DNA of 64,000 nucleotides from Amoebidium appalachense (lineage: Eukaryota > Protista > Ichthyosporea), in contig CAVNZM010000012.1 in NCBI GenBank assembly GCA_963693365.1, forward strand, positions 186,001 to 250,000. The letters run 5' to 3'. Position numbers and translations under genes: made by a program. The notes below the pieces were generated by a model. It was not told where the DNA came from. It saw only the letters and a program-made list of their open reading frames with translations, and made no database searches. Below, piece after piece: positions 61,226 through 64,000 of the stretch. Every line of letters begins with the position of its first letter. The first letter of the stretch is position 1.

Positions 61226-63132
61226 TTGTGTGTGTGTGTGCATGTGCGCAGGCGCGGGGGCGCGCATGTGTGTGTTTGTGTGTGTGTCTGTGTGTGCATG
61301 CAGTTTGTGTGAGTGTGTTTGTGGGCGTATGTTTGTGTACACGTGTGTGCACGCACACACACACACACACGTGTGTGTGTGTGTGTGTGTGTGCGTATGC
61401 GCACGGGCACCTGTGTATGCGTATGTGTGTATGTGTGTGCATGGATGTGTGCCTGTGCCTGTGTACTCACGTACCGGCTCCTCCTCTACCAGATTGTTAC
61501 ACCTCTGCTGCAGGCTGGTAGCAGCCACAAAGAACTGTTTGCCCATCTCATCAAGCAGACTCACTTGGTCGCCAGTGGATGATGCCACGCACTTCTCACA
61601 CGCATTGTACACCTTTTGGCTGCACAGACGTGGATTAGCACGTGCTTGCTTGCGTCAAGAGGGTGGAAGGGGGGAAGGAGGAGGGTTGGGGGGGAAGGGG
61701 TGTGCTTGCGACTGCACGTGCATGCCTGTGAGGATGCACGCGTTGGTAGACATGTGTAGCGTGTGGCAGGTGTGGGATGTACTTCATGCTGTGTGTGTGG
61801 GTGTGCGCACGCGCATGGTGTGGGTGAATGAGTGTGTGTGTGAGCCTGAGTGTTATGCGTGTTTCTGCCATTGTGTGTATGTGTGCGTGTGCGCGTGTGC
61901 GAATGTGTGGGTGAGTCTGTGCGATTAGATGTGCATGTATACATGCATAGTATGTATATGTGCATGCATGTGCAGTGTGTGTGTGCGGGTATGCCCATGT
62001 GCATGAAGCCTGCCTGTCCATCTAAAATGTCTGTCCTTTGCGTGTGCTTCATGTATGCCTGTGTGTACGTGAAAGTGTACATCGGCCTGCGCTGCGTGTG
62101 TGCATGTGCACAAACATGAAGTGGCATGTGTAATTGTGTGTCTCTGGGTGTGTGGGTGTGAGCGTAGGCATGCGTGGGTGTGTGCACGTCTGTCTGTGTC
62201 TGTATATGTTGGTTGGCGGGTGCATGTGTGTGCATGCACGTGTTTGTATCTGCGTGCACATGTGTATATGTGGTGTGTGTGTGCGTGCACGTGTGTGCAT
62301 GTGTGTGTGTGAGTGTATGTGTGTGCGTGCACATGTGTGCATGTGGTGTGTATGTGTGTGCGTGTACGCATGTGTGAATGTAGAAGTGTGTGCATGTGTG
62401 TGCACACATGTGTAGCACGTACTCCTCCGTGACATAGACCCAGTAGTTAGCCTCCCGGGGGATGGTGCCCCATCCACTGCAGATGGCCCCCCCGCAGTAT
62501 ATGTTTGGGGGCACATAGTTGCGCCTCTCCCCGTTGCAGCAGTAGCCTCGCTCCTTCATGATGCTCATGATCGCTGTGCAAATGACCACTTAGTTTCGAT
62601 ACATAGGCATACCTGCACGCATGCGTATACAGGCACATACACACACGGGCATACAGACACAGTGACACACACACACGTAGACACCCGGGCACAGGCACAC
62701 ACACACACACACACGCACACATCCACTCGCACACACCCCCACATCCACCTACTCAAGCATCCATCTACCACGTACCCCCCCCCCACCCCAGACCCCCCCC
62801 ACCCCCCTCGCCGCCCACCCTCCCCACCTCCTCCTTCCCCCCCCCCCCCACCCACCCACCCACCCACCCACCCACCCACCCACCCACCCACAGAAACCCA
62901 CACCCACCCACCCACCCACCCACCCAAACACGCACGTACCATCATCAAAATACTGCGCCATGTTGGTGCACAGTCTGTAGACCTTGTGTGTCTTCTTATT
63001 GAATAGCCACGCATTCTTAAACACTAGCCGGACATCGTAGCAGTAGCTCAGATGGTCGCTGTAGCCTCCTGCCTCCAATTTGCTTTTGATGGTCTGAAAA
63101 TCCATGGGCTCCTTGATCACCTTGGGGTAGTC
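53072..63132 (-). CDS. CBP/p300: CBP/p300 histone acetyltransferase (5' part beyond the window): bromodomain, RING, PHD, KAT11 HAT, ZZ, TAZ2, Q/P-rich tail
   Basis: [19 protein letters not shown]...[13 protein letters not shown] (bromodomain); GYCC; PHD-like [12 protein letters not shown]; [28 protein letters not shown]; [20 protein letters not shown]; [10 protein letters not shown]; [10 protein letters not shown]; ZZ CNMC...[17 protein letters not shown]; TAZ2 HCATC...HWKTC...CKHC...HASVC...CPVLLC. At least 11 GT-AG exons. Confidence 0.97.
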
Positions 63133-63258
63133 CTGTGTTCCCCCCAGTCAGTTCATATTCACCTATCCAAGCTACCCCCCCCCCCCCCCCCCCCCAAACA
63201 CACACACGCACACCACCACCACCACCACCACCACACACACACAAAAGAAAAAAGAATC

Positions 63259-63290
<32 letters not shown>

Positions 63291-63902
63291 CCACACCCAC
63301 ACCCACACACAAAAAAAAAGAAAAGAAAGAAAGAAAAAAGAAAGAAAGAAAGAAAAGCAAGCAAAACCAAAAAGAAAAGAACTAAAATTACGGTCCTTGC
63401 CCAACCACATAGTCCATGCTCCATTTGCAAAAAAATACCCGGGAGCATCACAGTGCACGTGTCGGCACACATCATTGCAGGCAGGCAGGCAGTGGGCAAG
63501 GGAAATAGATAGGGAGGGCAGGGTGTTGGGCATGTGATCACGTGTGTGTGCATGGGTGCCAGTGTTTGCGCGTGAGGGCGCACGTGCCTTCCCACAGGTT
63601 TGCTTGCTTCAGTGTGGGTGTGTGCAGGTCTGTGTGTGTGCGCGCATGTGTTGTGTGTGTGTGTGTGTGTGTGTGTGCATGCGTGTGTGTGTGTGAGCTT
63701 GCTAAATTGCTTATGCATGCATGTTTTGTTTACAGACATTAACAGGCCAGAGTCCTCGGAGATGTGTGTGGGGATGATTGTGTGTATGGCTGCACGTGCA
63801 CCAATATGCATGTGGGTGGATGTAGGGTATGGCTAGGGTAATCACGTTCGTGCGCCCGTTTGGATGCAGGGACGTAGTTGTGCCCATAGGTGCTATGTGT
63901 GT

Positions 63903-63943
<41 letters not shown>

Positions 63944-63962
63944 TGTGTCTGTGTCTGTGTCT

Positions 63963-64000
<38 letters not shown>

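Overview
Intron-rich eukaryotic nuclear DNA. Introns are packed with (CA/TG)n and poly-C/poly-G/poly-A, so most listed ORFs are microsatellite artefacts. The host is probably a unicellular holozoan such as an ichthyosporean; this is inferred from a bromodomain-bearing CBP/p300, an opisthokont-type H2A and non-animal H3/H4 residues. Genes spliced by eye: the 3' part of an unknown helical protein, a 13-exon Cys-less pentameric ligand-gated ion channel with an apparent fifth TM helix, a BTB-BACK protein, OPA3, AP-3 mu, four intronless core histones, a gammaproteobacterial-type uracil phosphoribosyltransferase with 5 introns, and most of CBP/p300. The strongest signal is in the histone quartet. 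All four genes carry an animal-style 3' processing cassette (16-nt stem-loop, ACCAC, then CAAAGAR 9-10 nt downstream). They are paired unusually (H2A-H4 and H3-H2B) and share a promoter architecture. Also present are a Pol III-like structured RNA candidate and a decayed acidic ORF inside the histone cluster, MITE/foldback elements, and an intronic repeat family that is always in sense orientation. All comparisons to known proteins are from memory; no searches were run.
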